In this document: positions 8,285 to 16,700 of the stretch, piece by piece
Layout: each line of letters begins with the position of its first letter
How positions within the stretch are numbered: position 1 is the stretch's first letter
From: Candidatus Nomurabacteria bacterium
Lineage (GTDB): Bacteria > Patescibacteriota > Minisyncoccia > Phycocordibacterales > UBA10002
Direction: 5' to 3'
NCBI GenBank assembly: GCA_943349725.1
Contig: CALQZP010000002.1
Span: forward strand, 1 to 45,102
DNA length: 45,102 nucleotides
Program-made: the position numbers and the translations under genes
The notes under the pieces: model-generated
The model's database searches: none
What the model saw: the letters and a program-made list of their open reading frames with translations, nothing else
What the model was told of the DNA's origin: nothing

Positions 8285-8295
8285 AGTTGTTTGTC

Positions 8296-8347
8296 ATTCC
8301 AGCGCTGTGCCCTCCGTAGCTTCTTAGCGAAGGAGGGAGGCTGGAAT
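8296..8347. repeat. Nested GC-rich palindromic element (family C, intergenic form) in the smc 5' region
   Basis: Outer stem ATTCCAGC / GCTGGAAT encloses the core CCCTCCGTAGCTTCTTAGCGAAGGAGGG. Confidence 0.75.
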
Positions 8348-8395
8348 CCAAGTTCATGGAAAAAGACAGGTAAAGTATAGCTTTTTCAATGCAAT

Positions 8396-8424
8396 AAAAA
8401 AAGCGCCGTAGATTACAGCGCTTT
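8396..8424 (-). terminator. Rho-independent terminator
   Basis: Minus-strand hairpin AAGCGC-tgtaatctacg-GCGCTT followed by TTTTTTT. Confidence 0.65.
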
Positions 8425-8451
8425 ACCTGGATTCGTTGCCTCAGCCTGAAG

Positions 8452-8846
8452 TTACAAATTTTCCCCCGTTTGAACGCGGAGAACATCTATCATCGGACCG
8501 GCTTTACGTGTGCTCTCGACGAGCCACCGCTCCCACAGTTCGGGGGTGCAGACGTTCGTCATGTCGAGATTGGCGATTTCTGGGAGCTGCTTCTTGAGTT
8601 CGGGTATTACCTTTTCTCTTGTGAAGGTTACCAGTACTTCATAAGCGAAGTCCCCCCACAGACCAAACATGTGTCGGCGAGACTAAGAAGGTCAGACATC
8701 TTAAATTCAGAGTCCGCGGCGTTAACCCCGATCGCAATATCGATATAAATCAGGTTGAGGATGAGCCGTGTGGGGAAAGATCGTACAGGAGGTTTCATTT
8801 CATTAACTACTTTCTCATGGGCCTCGGAAACATATCCGTATGGCAA
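8452..8846 (-). pseudogene. Frameshifted ORF pair of unknown function (possible gene remnant)
   Basis: Two 72-aa ORFs in different frames overlap at 8628-8670. The upstream one has only a TTG start and an in-frame TAG six codons further upstream. I recognise no family. Confidence 0.35.
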
Positions 8847-8935
8847 TGCTTTTGTTGTGGTGAACTAATGCGAACGACATCCGCCGCCCGCTTCACCTCA
8901 CCGCACACTACAACGAAAAACAGCAAACTTTTCAA

Positions 8936-8975
8936 ATTACCCCAAGTAACACCGATAGGCGCTACTTGGAGTAAT
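8936..8975. promoter_or_regulatory. Palindrome copy 1 (downstream of PaaX-like gene 1)
   Basis: ATTACCCCAAGTA-acaccgataggcgc-TACTTGGAGTAAT. It lies 13 nt past the stop codon, in the same orientation and with the same spacer as the copy at 9603-9644. Confidence 0.6.
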
Positions 8976-8988
8976 TAGCGAATGAGCG

Positions 8989-9597
8989 CTAGATAGGCTT
9001 TTTGAGATTGAACCGAAGAAGGAGCTCGGCTTCATTGGTGATGTGTGTCATAACACCGTATCGCACATAGCGCCCTACTTCAAAAAAGTTTGAGATGAAA
9101 TCGACTTCATCCGCACACGAGAATGGATGAATGTAGACTGACTTTTGACATTGAAAGAAACCGAGGGCAAGGAGTTTGTCTCGGAGAGAAAGTCGAGCGG
9201 TCTTGTACTTCTCGGGGATATCAAAGATTACCATGTGCCAGAGCCCATCCCACACTTCGGGAACCTTGACTTCCATTCTGCTGAAATTGAATGTGATAAC
9301 GCGCTTCTTCCCTTTTTCGGTTAAGACAGCCGTTATCGTACCATCCTCGTTTTCGGTCATGGAAACTAAACGGTCTGTGTAGAACTCACGGATAATTCGC
9401 GAGAGGTATGTACGCTCAACATCTTTCCACTCATCCGCAAGTTCTCCCAAAATACGAAACTGTTTTGGAAGCGTACCAGCAAAGGAAAGTGCGACACCCG
9501 CCTGAAGTAGCAAAAGAATCTTCATTTTTGTCGGGCTATAGATTCGTTTCGCCCCTTTCTTCTTCTTTTTCCTGTCTCGTTGCAGAGATATCACCAT
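8989..9597 (-). CDS. PaaX-like winged-helix regulator, paralog 1
   Basis: WDGLWHMVIFDIPEKYKTARLSLRDKLLALGFFQCQKSVYIHP matches the PaaX middle/C-terminal pattern (compare E. coli PaaX WDGKW...). Paralogous to 22122-22721. Start is placed at ATG 9597, because the ORF start at 9630 would read through the palindrome. Confidence 0.7.
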   Translation of the reverse strand: MVISLQRDRKKKKKGAKRIYSPTKMKILLLLQAGVALSFAGTLPKQFRILGELADEWKDVERTYLSRIIREFYTDRLVSMTENEDGTITAVLTEKGKKRVITFNFSRMEVKVPEVWDGLWHMVIFDIPEKYKTARLSLRDKLLALGFFQCQKSVYIHPFSCADEVDFISNFFEVGRYVRYGVMTHITNEAELLLRFNLKKPI

Positions 9598-9602
9598 GTA
9601 CG

Positions 9603-9644
9603 AATTATACCAAGTAACACCGATAGGCACTACTTGGTATAATT
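9603..9644. promoter_or_regulatory. Palindrome copy 2 (operator/promoter of PaaX-like gene 1)
   Basis: Perfect 14-bp arms AATTATACCAAGTA / TACTTGGTATAATT with a 14-nt spacer. The minus-strand TATAAT (9604-9609) lies 6 nt from ATG 9597. Confidence 0.6.
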
Positions 9645-9681
9645 ATCTTGACAAGTTGATCTGCCAATTGACCCGCGGAAA

Positions 9682-10371
9682 CTATTCCCAGTTTTTGGCT
9701 TCAAGTCCGCGCTTCGCTGCTTCTTGCTCGGCTTCCTGCTTTGACTTCCCTTCTCCTTCGGCAACTTTTTCCTTTCCGAGGAAAACGGCTACGGTAAATT
9801 TCTTGTCATGATCGGGTCCCTCGGCACTTACGGTTGCATAGGAAGGAGTGACGCCGACAATTTCCTGCGCTTTTTCCTGGAAATGACTTTTCGCGTCAAG
9901 CCACATCTTCTTGTGCACAATATCGTCGATGAGTTTGAAAATATGTTTGCTGACAAAAAGCTTGGTCACCTCGTACCCCCCATCAAGATAGAGCGCGCCG
10001 ATAAACGCTTCAATAGTGTTCGCGAGAATGACCTGACGCGCGCGACCGGTATCTTTGGTCTCTCCGCGGGAAAGCAGAAGAAAGTCATTCATTCCCAATC
10101 CCTCCGCCACTCCTGCGAGCGTAACCGCATTCACGAGTGCGGAGCGGTACGAGGTCAGGTCACCTTCGTCCTTGTCGGGGTATTTCCCGTATAGATATTC
10201 GGTTACGATAAGCTCCAGCACCGCATCGCCGAGGAACTCAAGACGCTCGTTGTGTTCCATTCCGCTCTTTCGGTTCTCGTTCAAATAAGAACGATGCGTG
10301 AAGGCAGTACGCAACAGAGTCTTATCCTTAAAGGTAATACCGAGGTGTTTCTCAAAACTGCTAAAATCCAT
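9682..10371 (-). CDS. rnc: Ribonuclease III
   Basis: The RNase III signature NERLEFLGDAVLEL is present, with a C-terminal dsRBD (KSKQEAEQEAAKRGL). ATG 10371 (MDFSSFEKHLGITFKD) is preferred over the GTG at 10419. Confidence 0.92.
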   Translation of the reverse strand: MDFSSFEKHLGITFKDKTLLRTAFTHRSYLNENRKSGMEHNERLEFLGDAVLELIVTEYLYGKYPDKDEGDLTSYRSALVNAVTLAGVAEGLGMNDFLLLSRGETKDTGRARQVILANTIEAFIGALYLDGGYEVTKLFVSKHIFKLIDDIVHKKMWLDAKSHFQEKAQEIVGVTPSYATVSAEGPDHDKKFTVAVFLGKEKVAEGEGKSKQEAEQEAAKRGLEAKNWE

Positions 10372-10416
10372 ACGCTTCGCACTCGACACGAATATACCAA
10401 GGGGAGACTCGAATGA

Positions 10417-10451
10417 CACGAATAAAATACAACTATTGGATTTTATTCGTG
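10417..10451 (-). terminator. Hairpin after nusB-NUDIX (terminator-like, no clean U-tract)
   Basis: Perfect 12-bp stem CACGAATAAAAT / ATTTTATTCGTG, nested within a second inverted repeat AATGACACGAAT (10411-10422) / ATTCGTGTCATT (10467-10478). Confidence 0.35.
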
Positions 10452-10486
10452 TAATTCGCTCTTAGATTCGTGTCATTAGTGTCGTG

Positions 10487-11395
10487 TTATTTTTTTAATA
10501 ATAAATTGATTGCCTTAGTAACAATAGGAAGAATATCTTCGTAAAAATTAAGCTCTAGGATATCTCCTAATTTAAACCATCTCGCGTCATCAAGACCTCC
10601 CTTTTTCTCGAGTGTCAGCGATACAAATTTTGCCTCTCCAAGGAAATAATGTACCTGTTTGCGAAGCTTTCCCAACTCGGGGTCGGACGCCACATACTCA
10701 TTCGAGCCCAGGTCCTCTCCAATAACGATATCAATTCCTATTTCTTCTTTAATTTCACGTATAGTTCCTTCCTCAACCGTTTCGTCGGCAATACTCGGAT
10801 TATCTCCAATTTTTCCTTTAGAAAGCGTCCAGTGTCCAAAAATATCGTGCACCAGAGCAAGGTATATATCCTTCCCATCGCGAGCGTACACTACCGCGCC
10901 ACCAAGTCTTTTTATCGGCATCTTCTCAAACGGCACGTCTACTTTCTTTTTGCGGGGAGCCGCTTCCTTGCCCGGCTCACCGAGCTCTTTGTATATGGAA
11001 CCGAGCACGCCGTTCACAAACTTACCACTATTATCTCCACCGAAGGTCTTGGCGAGTTCAATCGCTTCATTGATGGCGACCTTCGCGGGAACCTCCTCTT
11101 TGTCGGCAAACAAAAGCTCAAAAAGCCCAAGACGGAGCACGTTGCGGTCTATCGGTGATATCTTTTCTATCGGCCAATCGGGAGCGGCCTTGCCGATAAT
11201 ACGGTCAAGGTCTTCACGCTTGGAAAGAACGTGCGAAAGGAGCTCGTCCAAGAAATCGGAGTCGGTGAGACCTGGCGCAAATTCGTCAATGTTACGTTTG
11301 AGGAGAACCGCGGCACGCTCAACTGGCAACTTTCTAAAATCCCACTCGTAGAGGGTTTGGAGAACGATTGACCTTGCAAGGTGCCTGTTGGCCAT
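10487..11395 (-). CDS. nusB: NusB antitermination factor fused to a C-terminal NUDIX hydrolase domain
   Basis: The N-terminal ~140 aa are NusB-like (ARSIVLQTLYEWDF, PAKVAINEAIELAKTFGG, KFVNGVLG). The C-terminal part carries the Nudix box GKIGDNPSIADETVEEGTIREIKEEIGI. Confidence 0.85.
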   Translation of the reverse strand: MANRHLARSIVLQTLYEWDFRKLPVERAAVLLKRNIDEFAPGLTDSDFLDELLSHVLSKREDLDRIIGKAAPDWPIEKISPIDRNVLRLGLFELLFADKEEVPAKVAINEAIELAKTFGGDNSGKFVNGVLGSIYKELGEPGKEAAPRKKKVDVPFEKMPIKRLGGAVVYARDGKDIYLALVHDIFGHWTLSKGKIGDNPSIADETVEEGTIREIKEEIGIDIVIGEDLGSNEYVASDPELGKLRKQVHYFLGEAKFVSLTLEKKGGLDDARWFKLGDILELNFYEDILPIVTKAINLLLKK

Positions 11396-11475
11396 AAAGA
11401 ACTGAATGATGAAGTCAGAATTAGGAAGTATGAGAAAAAACTGTTCACAGTCTTTTCGTGTTTAATTCATACTTC

Positions 11476-11709
11476 TTAATTCTTACTTCCGCTTTTTGCG
11501 CGATCCTTCTGCTTCTTAAGCTTCTTGTCTATCTTCGCCTGTATATCAACAATAACCCGTCCACGGTACTTTCCGCAATGGGGACAAACGCTATGAGAGG
11601 GTCTCGGTTTCTTGCAGGAGTCACATACGGAAAAACTCGGCGCCACAAGCTTAAAATGTGAGCGCCTATTATTTCGGTGGGATTTCGTTGACCGCATTCG
11701 GACTACCAT
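11476..11709 (-). CDS. rpmF: 50S ribosomal protein L32
   Basis: MVVRMRSTKSHRNNRRSH with CxxC...CxxC zinc ribbon (CDSC, CPHC). Start is placed at ATG 11709. Confidence 0.88.
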   Translation of the reverse strand: MVVRMRSTKSHRNNRRSHFKLVAPSFSVCDSCKKPRPSHSVCPHCGKYRGRVIVDIQAKIDKKLKKQKDRAKSGSKN

Positions 11710-11716
11710 AACCGCT

Positions 11717-11744
11717 AGTATATATGGTTTATACAGAAAATCAA
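11717..11744 (-). promoter_or_regulatory. rpmF promoter, leaderless geometry
   Basis: Minus strand reads TTGATT-N16-TATACT-N7-ATG. The TATACTagcggt motif is the same as at dnaE. Confidence 0.5.
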
Positions 11745-11796
11745 GAATACCGTTGGTTCCTGTGTACAAGGGGAAAATGACGCTCTACTTTCGCGG

Positions 11797-11940
11797 AAAT
11801 CCCAAATCCCAAATCATAAAATCCAAATCCCAAACAATCTCCAAATTCCAAACATCAAACCAAGACAGCACGAGTTTGAGCTTTTTGAATTTGAGTATTG
11901 GAGATTGTTTGGAGATTGGTGTTTGGAAATTGGAATTTTC
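11797..11940. repeat. Inverted heptamer arrays forming a long imperfect hairpin; the right arm encodes the rnhB C-terminus
   Basis: The left arm is aaatccc/aaatcat/ccaaaca-type 7-mers. CCAAACAATCTCCAA (11830-11844) is perfectly complementary to TTGGAGATTGTTTGG (11898-11912). Confidence 0.75.
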
Positions 11941-12535
11941 TTAAGAAGCTTTTTCGATGCACTTCCGACACGCCGTACTCTTGGAGTGCCTCATAATGCT
12001 TTCGGGTGCCGTATCCCTTGTGTTCCTCAAAACCGTACTCCGGAAATCGCTTCGCTAACCCGACCATATGCCTATCACGGCGCACCTTCGCGATAACAGA
12101 AGCCGTTGCGATGAGTGGTTCGTTTTCATCGCCATCTATAATGCTTTCCTGGAGTTGAAAAACGGCTGGAGCGCGAAGCGTGCCGTCAAGAAGTACGAAG
12201 CACTTCGCTGGGTGAACAGCGAGGTTGAATAGCACACGCGCAACCGCCAGATGAAGTGCCTTAGCCATCCCCTGCTGATCAATTGATGACGAATGTACAA
12301 ATGTCGTACTGAAACGACAACTCCCGCTCTCTGCAAGCGTCTCTATTTTTGAAAGCCAGCGTTCTCTTTCCGCAGACGAGAGTTGTTTTGAGTCGTGAAT
12401 ACCCCGCAGCGCTTTGAGCGTAACCGGGAGTTTCTTCCTCTCCACCAAAAAAGCACCGACACAGAGCGGTCCCGCCAAGGGCCCTCGCCCGACTTCATCA
12501 ATGCCGACAAGATAGTCAGGAGAAAACTCCGTCAT
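11855..12535 (-). CDS. rnhB: Ribonuclease HII
   Basis: GIDEVGRGPLAGPL catalytic motif. The last ~26 aa (FQFPNTNLQTISNTQIQKAQTRAVLV) are repeat-encoded. Confidence 0.9.
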   Translation of the reverse strand: MTEFSPDYLVGIDEVGRGPLAGPLCVGAFLVERKKLPVTLKALRGIHDSKQLSSAERERWLSKIETLAESGSCRFSTTFVHSSSIDQQGMAKALHLAVARVLFNLAVHPAKCFVLLDGTLRAPAVFQLQESIIDGDENEPLIATASVIAKVRRDRHMVGLAKRFPEYGFEEHKGYGTRKHYEALQEYGVSEVHRKSFLRKFQFPNTNLQTISNTQIQKAQTRAVLV

Positions 12536-12586
12536 AATAAAAAGTTACTATATGAGTGATGTGCATAGATATCTAGTGAGAAAGAT

Positions 12587-13135
12587 TTATTTGGGACTAC
12601 AAAGACAGTAGTCTGCACGGGGTTGGGACGGATTGTTGTTACACCAATTTGTATTACCGCTTCCCCAAGTGATACGACAGGATGCACCAAAACCTACGTG
12701 CGAAGGATTGGGTGTTTCAAGTTCAGTGACTAAAAGTCCACCGAGAGTATTATCCGCATAATTATAATAACTATATTGAAGATTCTGCGGACCGTTCGGA
12801 GTAGGATGCACAGGAATTAACGAAAGAAATCCCTCATCCTTTAATTGCTGCGCCATATTTTTGAAATTATCGGTATGCGCTGGACCACCAGACGGGGGTA
12901 CATTTGCACCTTCGTTCGGGTGTTTACCATATTTATCATAGTACAATGATAAAGCTTTTTGAACCTGCCCGAGGTCAGAAATTCTTCGTGCATCCCTAGC
13001 CTTCATACGAGCCGAGTTGAGGGACGCGAAAACAATACTGGAGAGCATTCCGATAATGGCGATAACAACGAGAAGTTCTATGAGGGTAAATCCTCTTTGA
13101 AAATTAGGAGTGTTCATACGTTTGTAAAATTTCAT
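12587..13135 (-). CDS. Type IV pilin-like protein (prepilin N-terminal methylation motif)
   Basis: QRG/FTLIELLVVIAIIGMLSSIVFASLNSAR class III signal. The start region is tandemly duplicated, so the alternative start is ATG 13117. Confidence 0.85.
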   Translation of the reverse strand: MKFYKRMNTPNFQRGFTLIELLVVIAIIGMLSSIVFASLNSARMKARDARRISDLGQVQKALSLYYDKYGKHPNEGANVPPSGGPAHTDNFKNMAQQLKDEGFLSLIPVHPTPNGPQNLQYSYYNYADNTLGGLLVTELETPNPSHVGFGASCRITWGSGNTNWCNNNPSQPRADYCLCSPK

Positions 13136-13147
13136 ACATTTGTAAAA

Positions 13148-13675
13148 TTATGGGTTACCCCAACAACCAGGCTTCGCGGTGGGGTCACCTGCACCACCAC
13201 CATACGCATCATATTCACCTGTCGTACCACCACTTCCGGAACAAAGCCATTTGCCGTTGTTGAGCGGAACCATAATTGAATAGTACTTGTCGGAATTCCC
13301 CATTCCCTGTGAAAGCCAAAAAAGATAGGTGGGTCCTACGGTGTTTGCCGTTTTCACGTTGGCGACAATCTTATCGCAAATAGCTATTGCTTGTGCCCTA
13401 TATTTTGCATCAACCGACGCAAAGAAACCCGTGCATGTGGGAACACTTTGGGTTACCCACCCTTTATTCATTGTGTCGTAGCTTCCCGTGTCGTCATACA
13501 CAAGTTCAAGAATATTCCTCAGCTCCCTAACTTCTGCCCTAATGGTCGCGTCCTTTCCCTTTAGCCGAGCCGAATTGAGGGACGCAAACACAATACTGGA
13601 GAGCATTCCAATGATTGCGATAACGACAAGAAGTTCTATGAGGGTGAACCCGCGTTTATGAAAATATGAGTGCAT
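13148..13675 (-). CDS. Type IV pilin-like protein
   Basis: HKRG/FTLIELLVVIAIIGMLSSIVFASLNSAR. Confidence 0.85.
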   Translation of the reverse strand: MHSYFHKRGFTLIELLVVIAIIGMLSSIVFASLNSARLKGKDATIRAEVRELRNILELVYDDTGSYDTMNKGWVTQSVPTCTGFFASVDAKYRAQAIAICDKIVANVKTANTVGPTYLFWLSQGMGNSDKYYSIMVPLNNGKWLCSGSGGTTGEYDAYGGGAGDPTAKPGCWGNP

Positions 13676-13722
13676 GATTTTTGAGATAGGGTCTTGTCCT
13701 AAAGTATACCACGCCTTTTTGA

Positions 13723-13751
13723 TTGTTTAGCGAGTGGGGAAAAAGTATACT
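13723..13751 (+). promoter_or_regulatory. dnaE promoter, leaderless geometry
   Basis: TTGTTT-N17-TATACT-N6-ATG(13758). Confidence 0.5.
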
Positions 13752-13757
13752 AGCGGT

Positions 13758-16700
13758 ATGTCGTATATACCCCTCAATGTGCATAGTCATTATAGCCTGC
13801 TTTCGGCTCTGCCGAAGATTCCCGACCTAGTGGCGCATGGAAAAAAGCTTGGACTCACTTCCCTCGCCCTTACCGACAACGGCAACCTGTATGGAGCGAT
13901 AGAGTTCTACAAGGAATGTAAAAGCGCGGGGATAAAACCGATTATCGGCATCCATGCCTATATGGCGATTCGCACACGGCTGGACAAGCAATCCGGTGTG
14001 GATAACCGCCGTCATCGGCTCATCCTGCTCGCCAAAAATGAAACGGGGTATCGCAACCTTTTGAAGCTTGCAAGCCGTGCCAGTCTTGAGGGTTTCTACT
14101 ACAAACCACGCATTGACCGAGAAATCCTTAGCGAACACGCGGAAGGACTCATCGCCATCGCCCCGGCTTTTGATGCCGACATCCAAAGCTTTATTGCCAC
14201 AACAGACGACGAGTCTGCCCTCGCTCGTCTTAAGTACTATCAAGACCTATTCGGAAAGGATGGTTTTTATTTTGAAATAAGCCGGCACCCCGAGATAGAG
14301 GGACACGACGAGCTGATGAGAAAAGTGGTTGCGTTCGCACAGAAGCACTCGGTGCCACTCGTCGCCTCGCAGGAGGTTTACTACCTTTTCCCCGAAGAAA
14401 AGAAAGCGCGCGAAACGCTTCTCCTCGTAAACTCGCAGGGCGAGCCGAAAGATTTACGCACGGACGATTCCGATTTCTCGTTCCTTCCGCCTGAAAAAGT
14501 TGCGGAGCTTTTTGCCGACATTCCGGAAGCAATCGCGAACACGAGCAAAATCGCGGACGCCTGCAACCTTGAACTTACGCTCGGCAAGTGGGTCTTCCCC
14601 GACTACAAAACGAAAAACGGTGAGAGCTACGACGACGAACTTCAGGAAATGGTGACGTCGGGCATAGTGCGAAGGAAGATGATGCAAACACCGGAGCTTG
14701 AAAAACGCGTTGCCTATGAACTTGGCGTTATTAAGGCCAAAGGCTACGCCCCCTACTTCCTTGTGGTCGCCGACCTTCTGCGCTTCGCGCACGAACAGGG
14801 TATTCTCACGACCATTAGAGGATCGGTCGCAGGCTCTATGGTGACCTACCTTGCCGGTATTACAAACGTTGACCCATTTGAATACAAACTTCCCTTTGAA
14901 CGCTTCCTGAACCCCGAACGCCCTTCTGCCCCCGATATTGATATGGACTACGCCGATAATAGGCGCGACGAAATGATTGAGTACGCGAAGCAAAAGTACG
15001 GAGCGAACAAAGTGGCGCAGATTGGAACGTTCGGCACTATGATGGCGCGCGGAAGCGTGCGTGACATCGCCCGCGCTATGGGATTTGAATACTCCCTCGG
15101 CGACCGTATCGCGAAACTCATCCCCTTCGGTTCGCAGGGTTTCCCGATGTCCATTGACCGCGCGCTTGAGCTTGTCCCCGAACTCGCGAAACTCTACAAG
15201 GACGACGAGGACACAAAAACCGTCATAGATATGGCGAAGAAAATTGAAGGGTGCGCCCGCCATATCAGCGTACACGCCGCGGGTGTCGTGATTGCCCCGA
15301 CCGCGCTTACCGATTTCGTCCCGCTCCAACTGGACCCTAAAGGCGGAAAACTCATCACCCAGTATGATATGCACGCGGTTGAAGACGCGGGACTCCTCAA
15401 GTTTGATTTTCTCGGCATCAAAAACCTCTCCATCCTCGCGGACGCGGTCGTGCTCGTGAAGAAGATTGAGGGAACGGTGGTTGATATTGAAAATGTCCCA
15501 CTCGCCGACAAAAAGACATTTGATATGCTCGCGCTCGGCGAAACGGGCGGACTGTTCCAACTTAACGGCGCAGGTATGACTCGCTACCTCAAAGAACTGC
15601 GTCCATCTTCCATTCACGACATCAACGCAATGGTCGCCCTCTACCGCCCTGGCCCCATGGAATCAATTCCGCAATACATCGAGCGCAAGCATAAGCCGGG
15701 ACTCGTACAGTATCTGGACCCGCGCCTTCGAGAGATTCTCGCCGATTCCTACGGCGTTATCACCTATCAAGACGATGTGCTACTCATTTCCATCAAACTC
15801 GCCGGATACAGCTGGCTTGAGGCCGATAAGCTTCGAAAGGCTATGGGGAAAAAGATTCCCGTAGAAATGGAAGCACAAAAAGAAAAACTCCTCGCAGGTT
15901 TTATCAAAAACGGACTGACCAAAGAAAAATCAGCGAAACTCTGGAGCTTGATTGAGCCATTCGCCGCATACGGCTTTGGAAAAGCCCACGCCGCAAGCTA
16001 TGGCCGTGTTGCCTACCAAACCGCATATATGAAAGCCAACTTCCCCGCTATCTATATGTCGGCGGTACTCACCGCCGAATCGGGAGATGTGGAAAAAGTG
16101 GGTGAAATTATTCACGAGTGCAAACGAATGGAGATTCCGGTACTCCCACCTTCCATTAACGAAAGCTACTCTGCTTTTACAGTAGTAAAAGCTCAACTGA
16201 CAACTGACAACTTACAACTGACAACTCCTGATTCGGCAGACCGAATCAGGTTCGGCCTCATGACCATCAAAAACTTCGGAGAAGGTATCTCACACACCAT
16301 CATCAAAGAGCGAAAAGAACACGGGGTATTCAAATCGCTTTCCGATTTTCTTGAACGCGTTAACGACCGCAACCTCAACAAGAAATCCCTGGAAGCTCTT
16401 ATCAAGGCCGGCGCACTGGATGAGTTCGGAGAGCGAGGACAAATGCTCGCGAATATTGAACTCCTGCTTGAACAAAGCAAGCAAAGTGGGAAAGGTCCCG
16501 CAGGTCAGGACTCATTATTCGGCGGCATGGGAAGCACGATTGCGATGCCATCGCTCAAACTCCTAGAAGCCGTACCTGCAACAATGGAAGAAAAGCTCGC
16601 GTGGGAGAAGGAATTGCTTGGTCTCTATATCTCGGGACATCCGCTTGATAAGTTTCGAGAGGTCTTGGAGAAACGCGAATTCACCATCGCGCGCGTGAAG

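Noticed and set aside
9598-9630. Long N-terminal extensions offered by the ORF track. Examples are PaaX-like from 9630, GNAT from 2607, KH from 3128, S16 from 3606, L32 from 11769, L31 from 30051, GIY-YIG from 26713, MazF-like from 39594 and TrpR-like from 35530.
   Set aside because: The extensions read through palindromes, promoters or repeats and precede the canonical family N-termini. Internal ATGs with -10 or SD context were preferred.
10659-11351. 230-aa and 169-aa plus-strand ORFs antisense to nusB-NUDIX.
   Set aside because: The minus strand carries both the NusB motifs and the Nudix box. The plus-strand products are Ser-rich shadow ORFs.
14454-15617. A 387-aa minus-strand ORF and other ORFs antisense to dnaE (13827-14243, 15194-15511, 16193-16480).
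   Set aside because: They lie entirely inside the strongly conserved dnaE reading frame. Their sequences are low-complexity and have no recognisable motifs. These are typical shadow ORFs.
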